DNA of 64,000 bases, from the NCBI RefSeq assembly GCF_009914755.1, contig NC_060929.1. The stretch is one strand, 5' to 3'. The DNA comes from the human T2T-CHM13v2.0 reference genome, Homo sapiens. How positions within the stretch are numbered: position 1 is the first letter of the stretch; every line of letters starts with the position of its first letter. The position numbers and the translations under genes are program-made. The notes under the pieces were generated by a model that saw nothing but the letters and a program-made list of their open reading frames with translations, did no database searches and was not told the DNA's origin. This document shows positions 39,900 through 53,696 of the stretch, in pieces.

Positions 39900-41972
39900 T
39901 CAGTTCATTCTTTTAAAGATGATTTTAAAATTTAGAAACATGAACTTTTCAAAAGTAACATTTTTTGCTTACTGTTAAGTAAATGGAAAGAGCCAAAACA
40001 TTTAATTTTTCTTAAGTCACAGGCACTTGAAAATCTGGTTTTAACTTTTCTTTATGGCCATTAAATATTTTATGCACATATTACAGGGTTGATAATATTA
40101 TAATAGATTCATTTTAGAAATGAAACACTTGACCATTACATTTAGTTTTTATAAGAATATTCTTAGGTAAGCACAAACAACCTGTTTTCAAACACTGTGT
40201 GTCCAGCTTTACATACTGTAATTGGGTTCCATGGACTCTGCCCTGAGGTTTGAGCGCCCAGGGCACTCATGGGTTGACAGTGGTGAGCATACAGTTATGC
40301 CCCAGGAGGGCAGGTGATTTATTCTGGAATTCACTTGAGTGTTGAAAACAGATTATTATTTATGTTATATACGTGAGAAAACTCTTACAAGCCACCACTT
40401 TTAAGTTTTGCTTTTAGTGGCTTATATTTCACAAGTTTAAAGGGCACTTTTAAATTTTTTTTGGTAATCACCGGGATATGAGCAGATGTTATGAAAATCT
40501 TCTTATGGGGATTTTCAAACATAGAGGTCTTTTTAGTGACATGCACTTCTGGCACTTGTGTGAATTTCATGATAATTCTTGGTATCTGACTGCTCTGAAA
40601 CGCACCATCCTAGGTTTGTACCATCCTTGCTGGAGCTCCTGTTCTGGAACCTGGGTGTCTTCAAGGATAGCCCAGGATTCTTGTACTTTTAAGCCTGCTA
40701 CCTGTGGTTTATGATCAGATAGGAAATTTAAGAACAACAACAACAAAAAAAGCTAACAGGGTAGAGAGAGAATATTGCCGGGCTGACTGGCTTCCATCCC
40801 TCGCTGGGTCCCAGAGCCCAGGACCCCTTGGAGAGGAAGAACCACTCCTCCTGTCTCCTGCCCAGAGGTCTCCCACTTCTCATCAGTCCCTGGGCTTGGG
40901 TGCCTAGGAGTTTCCCTTCTGCCTGTCTTGAGGGCTGAGTATATGGACTGCAGGAAGGAGGGGCTGCTTTGCATCTTCATGCTAATGCAAGACTTTCTCT
41001 GGAATTTTCACAGGCCCATTATTAAACAGAAAAGCAAAATCGGTCCTCACCATACCGTGGCTTGGCTCTGTTTCTAATGCACTGCAAGTATTTTATCAAC
41101 ATTGTCTACTTTTTTGTTTTACTTGATTATTTTATATTTATTCACCATTTAATTTAATATTACAGATACTGTTTGTCATGTGTTTGGCTTTTGTGTTTGC
41201 TTTTAACAAATACTCTTGTATTCATGGTTTTCCTTGTTTGTGGAGTAATTCATTTTGCCACTTCTTTTAACCATTCTTCCCTAAAAATAGTCTGCTAGGG
41301 CAGAGATTCCATTCGGCCTTTATTACTTTGGATTTGCCAAACAAGCAGCAGAAACAGAGTTGTACGTGTGGTCCTACACCACAAGGATTTTTAAGAGAGG
41401 TCATTTGTAGGTGATGGTTGTTGACACAGGAATGCTGTCAATTAAAAAAGGGGAGAAAATGAATAATATTCAAATTTACTGGCATAGAGATGTTTGCACA
41501 GATTCCATGTGAGAGACGTAGGCTGTTAATCTTGTGTTCTGGCCGCATGTTAGGAACCCTCTTATGGTGTGGATAAAAAGCCTTGTGCCTGCCTGGTATT
41601 AGAAAGGTGACAGGTGTTGCTGTCAAATATTGATGCTTTGATATCTTCACATTTCTTGATAAGCTGACCGCGTAATTGTCTAAACAGAGATGGTGTTGAG
41701 AGTGAAAGAGGGTGTTACCAATAATTATTCTAGAACAGTAGGGGTAAACTGAGACTGTGTCTGTCAAGCTAGGATGTGTGATGACTCGACCTACTGACTG
41801 ACCATAGTTTCATAATTCAGTATGTAGAGGGTGAGAGTCATGTGAAGATATTTATGACTCCCACTGGTCATTTTTTGTGGCTCACCCCTAACTTGGATAA
41901 AATGATGTTTGACTCAGTCCAGGATACATAAAGGCATGGACAGTTGGCCAAGGAGAGTGGTCACAGGGGTGC

Positions 41973-41985
41973 TGCTGAGTCAGCA
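41973..41985. promoter_or_regulatory. Perfect T-MARE (TGCTGAGTCAGCA), MAF/NRF2/BACH1/AP-1 site
   Basis: Exact match to TGCTGA(G/C)TCAGCA; extra TGACTCA at 41910. Confidence 0.55.
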
Positions 41986-42633
41986 CCTCCTGTCAGTGGT
42001 GGTCTGTTTGAAAACAGACCTACAGCACATTTGAAGAAGCCTCCTCCCCATAGCCTGGAGTGGCTGAATCGCTCATTTTGTGTGTGAGCTAAGTGTGACT
42101 TGAGCCATGAATCAGGATTTGTCAGCCCCCAGGACCTGGCTTGCGTCCTACCCTTCTTTACCAAGAGCTCAGAAGGGGGTCTTTGTACTCCCCCCACCCC
42201 CGCAGAAGCCGGGACTGGAGGGTGGTGAGAAAGCCTTTGTCACCGCCTTCCCATTTGGAGTGAGGGAAGAGTTTTGGTCATAGTCCCCTGCTGCTCCCGG
42301 CCAGCACGTCGGTGTCCCGTCCTGCCACCCACCCCGCTTTGGCCCCACCCCCCACCTTTGTGGGTCTGGTGTCTCAGAATGGAGAGAGAAATCCTGTTTA
42401 GCAGTTAGGTACCCTGTGACTTCTTTACCATGTGCTAGACTCAAACATACGGTGAAGTTAGAGGAATTGTTTTGTATTTGTTCTTAATTACTCTGTAATA
42501 CTACATTACAATTTTAAAACCATTTTAAAATAAAAATGTATTCTTTTCACTTGTTCTGCCCTCAGAATTCTTCAGTAATATAAATATTTAAATAAATCAA
42601 CAAAGCTTTTTTTTTTTTTTCTTAAAATCTGGA

Positions 42634-42893
42634 TTTTTTTTAGGGTCTCACTCTGTTGCCCAATTTGGAGCAGTGGCACAATCACGGCTCACTGCAGCCT
42701 TGAGCTCCGCTGAAGTGATCCTCCTGCCTCAGCCAGGCATGCATCACGAAGCCCAGCTCAGTTTTTGATTTTTTTTTTTTCTTTTGGTAGCAGTGCAGTT
42801 TCACTGTTTTGCCCAGGCTGATCTCGAACTCCTGGGCTCAAGCCATCCTCCCAGCGTGCTGGAATTATAGGCATGAGCCACCACACCCAGCCT
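42634..42893 (-). mobile_element. AluJ (degenerate)
   Basis: Reversed dimer with deletions; TSD aatctgga. Confidence 0.82.
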
Positions 42894-42956
42894 CAATCTG
42901 GAATTTTACACATATTTTAAGTTCATTTGATTTTTGAACATGTATTGGCTAAATTA

Positions 42957-43460
<504 letters not shown>

Positions 43461-43708
43461 TTAAAAAAGATTATTTTGAAGGTAATGGGACAAAAGAAGA
43501 TAACTGACTTTACAACTTTTTATAAAACTATGCTGAGACTTAGTATTGTTTGAAATGAAAGCTGTTAGTATTCTTAAATAAATAAGGATTGTTTGCCTTC
43601 TAAAGAATATAACCTAAATTGTTCCTTTGTAAGAATCACATTTTTAACTTAAATAAAAAAGGCAGACCATGTTGTTAGAAGTGTCTGATCTTTGCATATG
43701 AAAATATA

Positions 43709-44015
43709 GGCCAGACACAATGGCTCATGCCTGTCATCCCAGCAAGTTGAGAGGCCGAGGTGGGAAGATCGCTTGAGGCCAGGAATTTGACACTAGTCTG
43801 GGCAACATAGCAAGATCCTATCTCTACAAAAAAATAAAAAGCTGGGTGTGGTGGCACGCAGTTGCAGTCCTAGCTACTCAGGAGGCTGAGGCAGGAGGAT
43901 CTCTTGAGCCCAGGAGTTTGAAGCTGCAATGAGCTCTGATTTCATCACTGTACTTCAGCCTGGGTGACAGAGTGAGTGGTCCCATGTCCCCCCAGTGCCC
44001 CCACAAAAAAAAAAA
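43709..44015 (+). mobile_element. AluJ
   Basis: Diverged dimer; TSD aaatatagg. Confidence 0.88.
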
Positions 44016-47000
44016 GAAATATAGGTAGGTAGGCAGTTTTAATTTTCTTTTGAAATTTATGATTTGAGTTGGCTTATTTTCTGTATATACTAAAATATTT
44101 AATTTTGTCTAGGGAAATCCTTCAGAAAAAAGTTAAGGTATAAAGAACATGCAAGAAAATTGTGTTCATAAACATTCACATTTAGAATTTTCCTTGTTTC
44201 CATTATATGGATTATAAAAAAATAACAATGGAATACTACAATGTATTTTTTTTTTGTTTCATTCTTCTATTAGCTGTATTTCTTAGGCTCTTACCTTTTT
44301 GTAGGACATACAGCTAACACTGCAGACTTAAAAAAAAAAAGACATCTTATTTAAGGGATATAGAATTTCTACAAATACCGTATTATTCTTGGATGCCTTA
44401 AAGTGTATTAGAGAACCATGAAAAGGAAATGTCCTTTCAGATACTGGCCTGCTTGAAATTTTGTTAGTTCTTCTCTGAAGTTTTTGGTGTTTGTTGAAAC
44501 TAAAATTGTGGTGGGCTGCTTCACCCGAGCCCAGACAAATCTGTAGAACTAGTTATCTGTCACCGTCATCTGTTGTTTCCTGCCTGGGGGGTCCCTGGCA
44601 CTGTCTGTTAGAACTTCACAGCCATTCTGTGGCCTGCCCAATCTCAGAATCTGTGATGGCCTTTGTGCCAGATTGCAGATGGTCGTGGGCAGGCCTGTGA
44701 GTGGATGTGGAGCGTTTCTGGGGGGCGTAGTCTGTGAGATGGCACGTGGGACCACTCACACAGGACCTGTGTCTACGGTTGCCCCCAGGCAGCTGCACTG
44801 CAGAAATCCTTTGAGGGCCATTTCAGTGTCCTGAAAACGCTGGCTGCCCCCTGCTTGACTTAGAGACCAATGTCAGGGGTCTGTAAAGGTGGATTAGAGG
44901 ATTGAGGCCAAGTTCAGAGTCTTGAATGGATGGCAGGAGAAAGAAGAGAAAGTCTGAAGACCACATGGTGGCCACGCCCCTCCCGGCTTGGGCTCTTTTG
45001 CATCCCCACTTGCCCTCACTATTCCTTTTCTGGTAGTTTCTACACTCCGGGCTGATGTGGGTCTGAAATTCTAGGTCTGACCTCATAGAACTCTCCAGAA
45101 TATTCAGTCCTCTGTTTTTAATCTCCTTCTCCCCATCCCCATCCTCCCTGACTTGTATTTAAGAAATTAATATTTTGAATATGAACACCACTTCCCACAT
45201 ATCATTGAATTTCATGTTATTACTTTTGGTTCTTCCTGTTCAAATCTTTGAAGGGCATTTTTTTTTTCTTTTCATCCAACACAGTAATGACGTCTCTGAG
45301 CTGTGTGGCCTGAAGATTTGATAAACGAGACTTCTCTGTGTTATTCCTCAGGAGCAGGCTCCTCTGGGAAGTGGGAAGGACCCCGGCTCTGCTGTGAGGC
45401 TCAGGGAGAGAGAGTGCACGTCCTCCTATTTGGTAGAACCGCCTATTACTCCTTGTTGGTTCCCTCTTAGCTGAGAAAGCATCTTGGTTCCCTGGATCTT
45501 AATGTTAGTCTTTGGCTCACTCTTTAGAGATGCTTCTACCTTGGGACAAATTTATATCTGATAGAAATTGTTGTCAGAGTGTAGGTGGAATAGCAAGGTT
45601 TTAGAAATGATTGCCTTATCAAATACAATGCAAGTTTCTTCTTGTCCATAGACATAGCTAAAAATCTTGTGGTAATACATACATGATTCAATGACAGTAT
45701 CAATTCTATGCCTTAATTTTGTTGATAATTAAAGTGTTAAAAATTAGTGAGAAATTTACATGTAGGAGCTTGGTCTGTAAGAAAATGCCATTAATTATTA
45801 CACTTGCTGTACTTTTTCTCTGATTAAATCTCATGATTTGCTTTTCTTTCTAAGACATTATCTGTTGGAACATTCACTAGCCTTTAAGAATTCCCTTAAT
45901 TTCTCCTGACAGGTGAAGTGCTCCCTAGGTATGAATTTGGAGTTCTGATGATTTTTAAAAATCCTTCCCTGATTTTCCAGAGATTTCCTAAGGAAAATTG
46001 GACCAAATACAGTGGAGACCCCCCCCCCCACTTTGCCGTGCACTTTGTTCTAGAGCAAGGGTGGCAGCTACAGGCATTTGCGTGCCCCTGCCTGCAGGCC
46101 TGGCTGTAGCGCATCATCCTTTGTGCTCCCTTTCCTCTGAGCTGGGCCAGGGCCCCATCCTTTTCCGCAGGCCTCTGGGCAGCACCAGGTAGACAACAGT
46201 GCATCTCTAGGATGGGGCCAGCTGCTCCATGAGCTGGGGAGGTGGGGTCTTCGTTAGGGTTCAGAAGGATGCCTGTTCCTTCTGGCCTCCTGGGGCTAAC
46301 TCCTTATCACAGCTAGGTTTGTTCCCGGTGGCCTGGACTTTTACAGAAGCTACAACCTTAGTGAGGCTTTCCCTTGCTCCCCTCCGTTGAAAGTCTCTGA
46401 ACTGCAGTTCTGTGGGACGTATGTTGTGCCCTTGGGAGTCATTTTTTTGTGACTTCTCTCCATCAGCAAGATTGTGATGTAAGCAGGGGCTTTTCTCTCC
46501 CCTTCCTTTAATAGTAAGTATGCAGTAAACATATGTATGTTTACATAATGAAAAAATATGTCCTTGGAGACTTGTTGCTTTAAAAGATGCTTAAAAGGGA
46601 TCAGTTTGTTAAAGTACTCTTTCAGAATAATTATTGCATCCCCTAAAAATGTAAACAAATAAAGTATTACTTTCTTTGACTAAAATTGAAAACAATAAAC
46701 TCCTCCCTTCCCCCCCAAGAAAAGCCCTAAAGAAACTCTGAGTAATTAAAAGAGAAAAAAACAGAAAAGAATTTAACATTGCTATTTAACCATCAGAGTC
46801 TCATTTTTTTCCCCCTCCATAATGGGTTTGGTTTCAGACTTGGATCAAAAACTGGAACAAAACTTTCTGTGCTGTTTCTGCCCCTCCCGTTTGCTGAGGA
46901 GGGAAGGCACGCGGCCGCAGTTACAGCATGCTGGCTGCTCCTCACTGCCCATTTGGGATATCTAGAGGTTGTTTGTTGGTGTTCTGGGATCCTGAGGGAC

Positions 47001-47100
47001 ACTGCCAACTGTTAACCTTTGGCATAGTGACTGTTTTACTTCGATTTTATTTTCGTGGTAACCATTTTTTAAAAAAGATTAATAAATTACCCAAGAGGAC

Positions 47101-47110
47101 ATGGCAGAAG
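47101..47110 (+). CDS. TRIO: Candidate alternative TRIO first coding exon (Met-Ala-Glu + G), phase 1
   Basis: gacATGg strong Kozak, in-frame TAA stops just upstream (47059, 47080, 47083), strong donor AAG|GTAAGG at 47110/47111, same phase as exon 1, repeat-free flank with a local CpG cluster (gcacgcggccgc ~46907). Confidence 0.65.
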
Positions 47111-49726
47111 GTAAGGATGTATCCCAGACTTTAAAAAATACAGTTCTTATTTTGGCTCTCTGATGTGTGGCTCGAGGGTTTCTCTAGGAGGACTGTTGAT
47201 GGACCTTGACCTCAGAGCTCCTAGGCCAGATGAGCAGCCATGACAGAGAATGCTGTGTGTTTGGATGGTTGGGTGCCATGTCTGTTAAAAATCCAGCCGG
47301 CTAGTAACGAAACGCCTTGCAGAAATCATCCTGTGGGGATTTAGAAATGTTTTTTTAAAAGAGATTTGCTCCTCAGCTTAGCAACAGCAGTTCTGTTTTG
47401 AGAGCCGAAGGGAGCACTGTGCGCTGTTTGTGTATCCGCTCAGCAAAATCACAGTGGGAAGCTGCTGCAGTGATGTGTCCCAAGGCTGCAAGGCCACCTT
47501 GTCCCATGGCCTCTGTACAGCCATGGGATCACAGCTTCCCTTCTGCAACGTGCCCTGCACTCTACTAAAGGCACTTGGCAATGTTATTGAGACTTTGAAC
47601 ATAAGTTTTTAGAAAATAATACTGAGCAAACTATAAAGCTCCAGTGGACTGGAAAAGTGTTTGCATTTTCTTTATATTAGCCTCTAGTGTAATTCAGGAC
47701 TTCATTGCTATGGACGAGTCTAATTTCCCTTGCTAATTGTTTATGTTTTCATATGAACACCACATATTCTTAGAGGAAAGAGCGCATCTCAGCATCTTTT
47801 AAATGCTCCTGATACAAAGTCTTAATGTAAAACACTTGTTCTAGTATGTTTCTTTCCAGTACATAGCCTATGTAGTTAGTTCTTGGTGTTTCAGAAAAAA
47901 AATGAAGTTAGGTTAGTGGGTGTGAGCGTGGACGCCTCTTGGGTCCAGTGCGGTTGCGGGGTTGGTGCCCTACAGCCACTGCTGTGCTTCCCTCCTGGCG
48001 TCTGTACTCTAATCTAATGCACGAGGGCAGTCCTACTGCTCATTAATCACGTTTAGTGTTCTCACTCCTAACCCAAAATCGGGCTCCTCCTTGGAGCAGC
48101 ATACTTGGTGCCAGGCTTGGGTGGACGTCACCAATACCTCCTTATTCGGGTCCATCTCAGTCGTCCATGACTCATGGACAGTTTTAGGATTTCCCTAAAA
48201 CTTATGTGGACTGCCACATCTCAAAGGCATTTTAGTTATTTTCAGTGATTTTCAATCCTGAACATCTGGGCCTTTCCACTTCCCCCATAAAATTCGCCCC
48301 CCTTCCCCGCCCCCCACCACCATTCTCTCTCTCCTTTCCTTCTTGTTTCTTCTAAAGGCTAATAGTGGGTGTTCTCACCCTTGAAACCAGAACAGTGAAA
48401 GTTCTGGAGGATTACAGAAGCACTTGGTCCTATTTTCTTTCACCCAAATTGAATCCTGAAAACTCCTGATGCAGACTGAATGGTGAATACTTAAAAACAT
48501 GAATAGCACAGTTCTTCCTGGGCCTGACTGGGGTGGGCACCCTTTGCATAGCTGTGATGAAAAACGTGCCCAGCATAGTTGTTAAACATGGCAGCCACAG
48601 CACGTCTGCTGGCTCTGAGCAGGCTCCCAGGCCCAGACTGGCCACACACGCACTGGAGCTGGCTGGATCCCTTGCCACCTGCCCCTGCCTGCACTTAGGC
48701 AGAGATGGCTCCTGGCTGAAGAGCAGGGAGAAACTGGGGCAGCTCTTCTCAGGCCAAATGCCTAGGAAAGGGTGGGGAGGGGCTGAAGGATGAGTGAAAA
48801 TGATTGGGAGAAGACAGAGGGAAAAAAGGCTAAGTTGCTAGGAACGTGGTGGGTGAGTGACATTCAGACTTGGCTTGCCCCTCTTACAGACGGGTTGATT
48901 TCTCTCATTTGTAAAGTGAAATGGACAAATGTGAGTCCTTGGTGACTCACTGGAGCTTCTCAGATCTTACCCAGGGATAGTCTAGTTATGGGTGGTGGAC
49001 ATGGGGTGGGGTGAGGAGTGTGGAGTTTTTCATCTTCCAATTGGAGAAGACTGTTTTGCAATTTTGAGTACCTCCGCCAGTGAAGAACTGTGCAAAAGGC
49101 CGATTCCTAGTTGTGCCCTAGTAAATGTTTTCAGAATATTTTCCTAGGCAGCTGGGGACCAGAGTGTTTTGAATAGCTTGTTAAACAGACTTTTAAGAGG
49201 TACACCCAATTAGCACTACTGAGTAGTATTTAGATGTTGACTAGATTCATGGGACTATGCTGGAAAATAAATTGCAAACTCAAGTGTGACATTTTAAACC
49301 AGCTTTTGGTCCTTAAAACCACTTTGCCTGAGCTGGAGACAGCCAGTTTCTCCCTTGTTTTTCTAGCCTGATCACCAGGCTTTTGAGCTCTAGGCTGGCC
49401 TTCCCAACTCTCAAACATATTCCTTTTATAGAAATAAAAGTACCTGGCCTCTATGATGCATAACTGTGAGTCATCCAGTGGATATTAAAGAACTCCAAAA
49501 ACATGCTTCAAGATAGTTTTTCCACTTTGTTCCAGAGCACGGTCTAAATTTGGACTCATTGGAAATGGAAGTGAAAGGCCCCGATGGAACCTTTCTGGTT
49601 GCTGCCTTCTTTGAGTTGCTGTGGTGGGTGGGCAGGGACAGACAGCCTTACCTGCACAGAGGCATGGGGTTTCTTGCATTCATTTCTGAATGAGTCGGCC
49701 TGTCGTTTGCACATTAGTGACCAATT

Positions 49727-50047
49727 TCCTTCTTTCTTTTTTTTTTGAGATGTAGTCTCACTGTGTTGCCCAGGCTGGAGTGCAGTGGTGCAGTCTTGGC
49801 TCACTGCAGCCTCTGCCCCCCTGGTTCAAGCGATTCTCTTGCCTCAGCCTCCTAAGTAGTTGGGATTATAGGTGCATGCCACCACACCTGGCTGATTTTT
49901 GTATTTTTAGTAGAGATGAGGTTTCACCATGTTGGCCAGGCTGGTCTCGTACTCCTGACTTAAGGTGATCCACCTGTCTCGGCCTCCCAAAATGCTGGGA
50001 TAAAAGGCATGAGCCACCACGCCTGGCTAGTGATCAATTTCTAATGA
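49727..50047 (-). mobile_element. AluS
   Basis: Reversed dimer; TSD tagtga(c/t)caatttc. Confidence 0.93.
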
Positions 50048-51469
50048 TTGAGACTCTTGGGCACAATGCCACATGATTTTGTCATGCTAGTGTGAACCAA
50101 TATCCTGTTCCCATGGTGGATAACGTTATATTAATGTTTAGTAATATTTGTGCAAATTAGATAGGGCGTGAGGGCTTGGTAATACCAAGATATGTAAATG
50201 TGGAGAAGTCGTGTGATGAAGAAGTTACTTGTCCAAGGCAGCCTAAAGCGATGAACCAGAACCTGATGCTAGTATTTTAGGGAATGTCGGTTCTGGTCTC
50301 TCTTACGTGTCTAATTATAGTGTCAACTGCAAAAAGTTGATAAGTACTAAAATGTATTATACTTTTTCCCCACTCCACTGTTTCAAAATGTAGTATATAG
50401 CATTAACAAGGACTACAGATCTAATGCCCAGCCAACAGTTAATGGGAGATAAGGATTTTTACGGAAAAGCAGAAGTTGCTAGATGGTTTTTGTTGTTTTG
50501 TTTTGTGTTTTTGATGGCTGGGACTCTTAAGGTACAGAGAGAATTGCCAGTCTTTCTGTATTACCGAGAAATTGTAAACATCTGTGTTGTGGGCTTTATT
50601 TTTATTCCCTGCAGTCCTTAACATGACATCTCCCCCATAATTGACTCTCAGTCAGTACCTTTGACTCTGTTTTTGAAAACCATTGTACCGAGGAGTGGGT
50701 CTAACAGCCACAGGCCATCCTATTTAATCTAAGTAAGTTCTATTTCTTCTGTTTGTAGATTTTTGAACTCAAGAGCAAAAGCGAATATTTCTAACAAGAT
50801 TTGACATGTGAATTTTTAAGTAGATGCCACATAAAAGTCCAATTAAGTAAAAGGTGATATGAATGTTTATTTTATGTGAAGTACTTTTAAGTGATTATTG
50901 TTATTTAGGTGTTGCGTTCTGTGGAGTTTCCTCATTATTAAAGTAATGTATTTGTTTACAAAACAATGACAAAATGAGACTTATGGGAGGGGAGGAAGGA
51001 ATTATTAACATAATAGGAGAAAGGGCTTTCTTATGGGGATAAATGTGTTTTGTCACTGAAATTTTTATTTGTTCTGTCACCGAGCCAATCTTTATTGCGT
51101 GAGAAGCAGACCCTGCTGTATTAAATGTGCTGATGGGAAACCCGGATGTCTTTGCTTTTCTCCTTGCCAGCCGAGGAGTTAGACTAGAACACCTTCAAGA
51201 TGAGCTGTAACTTTTGAATAGTGAACACAGATTTTATAATATCTGCTGGTGTTTTATTTGTCACATCTGCCAGTTTACCTAAAATTAAAATTTTGAAAAC
51301 CATTTTTTGTGGAAAGGACAAATCATGTACTTGTTGGAGTTCTGGGCTGAATATTTTGTGATGTGGTTTTCAAGTGATCTTAGAATAATTATGATGCCAG
51401 CTAACTGTCCTTGAGTGCCAATGCTGCCATGTATTGTTCTCATTGCCTGTATTATTTAATAAGTGTAAT

Positions 51470-51595
51470 ATTTTCTCCATTTTACAGATGAGGAAACTGA
51501 GGTACAGAGAGATTGGTTAAGTAGCCCAAAGTACAGAGTTAGTTAAGGGATGGGGTGGTTTGAACCTAGTTCTTGGCCCATTCTCTTAACCACTT
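51470..51595 (-). mobile_element. MIR fragment
   Basis: 'ccattttacagatgaggaaactgaggtacagagag...tttgaacctag'. Confidence 0.8.
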
Positions 51596-52879
51596 CGCTA
51601 TAACTGTTGTTAACTAAATCATATAGTAGACATGAGTATAATTTAACACAATTTGTCTTTTATATGACTGATGAAATTAGCCCCGTGGGTTTATTTTCAA
51701 TGCCTTATACATACTAAAGTTATGCCAAGTGTTTCTATTTTTGAATGATTTTTCTTTCCTTATTTTCATTGTTTTCCCCTGCACTGTTGCTGATAACCTT
51801 ACAAATAAAGATTGTAAAAGACCAGGAGAAAGATAAGCATGCCAATCATAAGTTTTGGTTCTGTACAGTTTTCCTCTTTGACCCATTGATGCTTTTCAGC
51901 TTTCCCACTATAATTCTTCATTAATTTCCAGGTTTGTCCCGCGCATTGAATTCCATGGTTTTTAGTGTAGTTTCTTGCCTTTTAGCCTGGGAACTTTTGG
52001 GTGGGGAGAATATGGTGATGTAGTTCAAGTCGAAATACTAGCATATGAATACTTTCAGAAGCCCATACAGTTGTGTGCACATTAACTATGTTTTTAGCAG
52101 TTGAGCTTTGGTTCATTGTAGTGAAAATGTTTTTCCATGAGTAATTCTTAAATGTTGGTCTTGAGTTTTTACCACAGATGTTACAGGTTTGGCCATGCCT
52201 CTCTCTTGAAAAACTCATACAAATTGCCAGTTTGGTATAAGCGTTAAGGAATCACATTGCTTTTTAATTGTATTTATTTCTATTTTTAATATTTGAGCTT
52301 TAAAATATTGTAGTAGTATTGTAAAAATGTATCTATATGTTATCCTACACTAAGCCTAAGCTTTAATGAGGATATTGGTACCTGACTGTCCTGTACTTGG
52401 AGCATCTGTCCACTTTTGAATACATGTAACACTTTGATGCTCCTGTCCCCATGGTTTGATGAAGTACTTAATACCTTGAATGCTATATTTATTATCAAAT
52501 TTTGAATGAAATCACTAGCCTAAATACAAGTGAGATGTTTTTGAAATTTTCATCACCTTTGAAACACCTAGTATTTCTGTAGAATTGGATTGAGGAGGGC
52601 GGAAAGAAGGGTTAATCCCCCCAAATACAAATAACAGCAGTTCCTTTTTATCATAAAGTAAATGTGTGGCCTGGGAGAATGTGTTGGATAATTCTCATCT
52701 TAGGTTGTACATATATGACCAAGGCACTGGATAAATTCACACGTGAGTGTCGTTTATTTTCATGCACTTAGAAACGTATTTAGTACTGTTTCTGCCAGTC
52801 TAAGCCTTAAAAAGGTCTGTAGCTCATTTGGGATTGCTGAGAGCTGAGGAGCTGCTGTTCTGAATGTCTTCGTTTTAAC

Positions 52880-53171
52880 TTTTTTTTTTTTTTCAAGATG
52901 GGGTGAGGTCTTGCTGTGTTGCCCAGGCTGGAGTGCAGTGGCCTGATCGTAACTTACTGCAGCCTTTGCATCCTGGGCTCAACCTGTCTCAGCCTCCCCA
53001 GGAGCTGGAACTATAGGTGCATCCCACCATGCCCAGCTAATTTTTTATTTTTTGTAGAGATGGGGTCTTGCTGTGTTGTCCAGGCAGGTCTCAAACTCCT
53101 GGGCTCAAGCACTCCTCCCACCTGGCCTTCCCAAAGTGCTGGGATTACAGGTGTGAGCTACCATGCCCGGC
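52880..53171 (-). mobile_element. AluJ
   Basis: Reversed diverged dimer. Confidence 0.88.
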
Positions 53172-53638
53172 ATATCTTCAGATCATTCATATCTGGCACA
53201 GACAGTTGACCTTTTTTTTAGTCAACAGAGCTGGTTTGCACAGGAGATTGTAAGTGGGTCTATAGAGATGGAAAGTTACAGGTTCCATCTAGTAGAGGCT
53301 ACTAGTTTTTGAATAGAGGGAGAGAAATCTATTCCAAAGGAATTGCTTCCTCAATCCCCACTGGCCACTGCTTGTGCGGTGCCAGGCAAGAGGGTGGACT
53401 ACAGGGGCAGGCAGTCCAGCTAGCGGCACAGCCATTCAGTGAGTCAGGAGTCTTTGTGCAAGGAAGGCTGAGGTGATGACAGAGCTAACAGCAAACTCAG
53501 ACAATCTGAAAAAGAAAAGAAAAAATCCAGAAAAATCAACCACATATGCAGATACTGAAAACTATTTTTGGTGAACCCCTTTGTGCATAAGAGATCATTT
53601 ACAAAATATGTGTGTGCGAGATAAGTCTATTCCTGTAA

Positions 53639-53696
53639 AGAAATCTGAGTCAGTCTGAGGAGAGTGCAGAAATCTGAGTCAGTCTGAGGAGAGTGC
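53639..53696. repeat. Perfect 29-bp tandem duplication containing TGAGTCA
   Basis: (AGAAATCTGAGTCAGTCTGAGGAGAGTGC)x2. Confidence 0.95.

Noticed and set aside
52300-52620. AT-rich stretch resembling a 3' UTR or processed pseudogene
   Set aside because: No poly-A with TSD and no parent gene recognised; a BLAST search would be needed.
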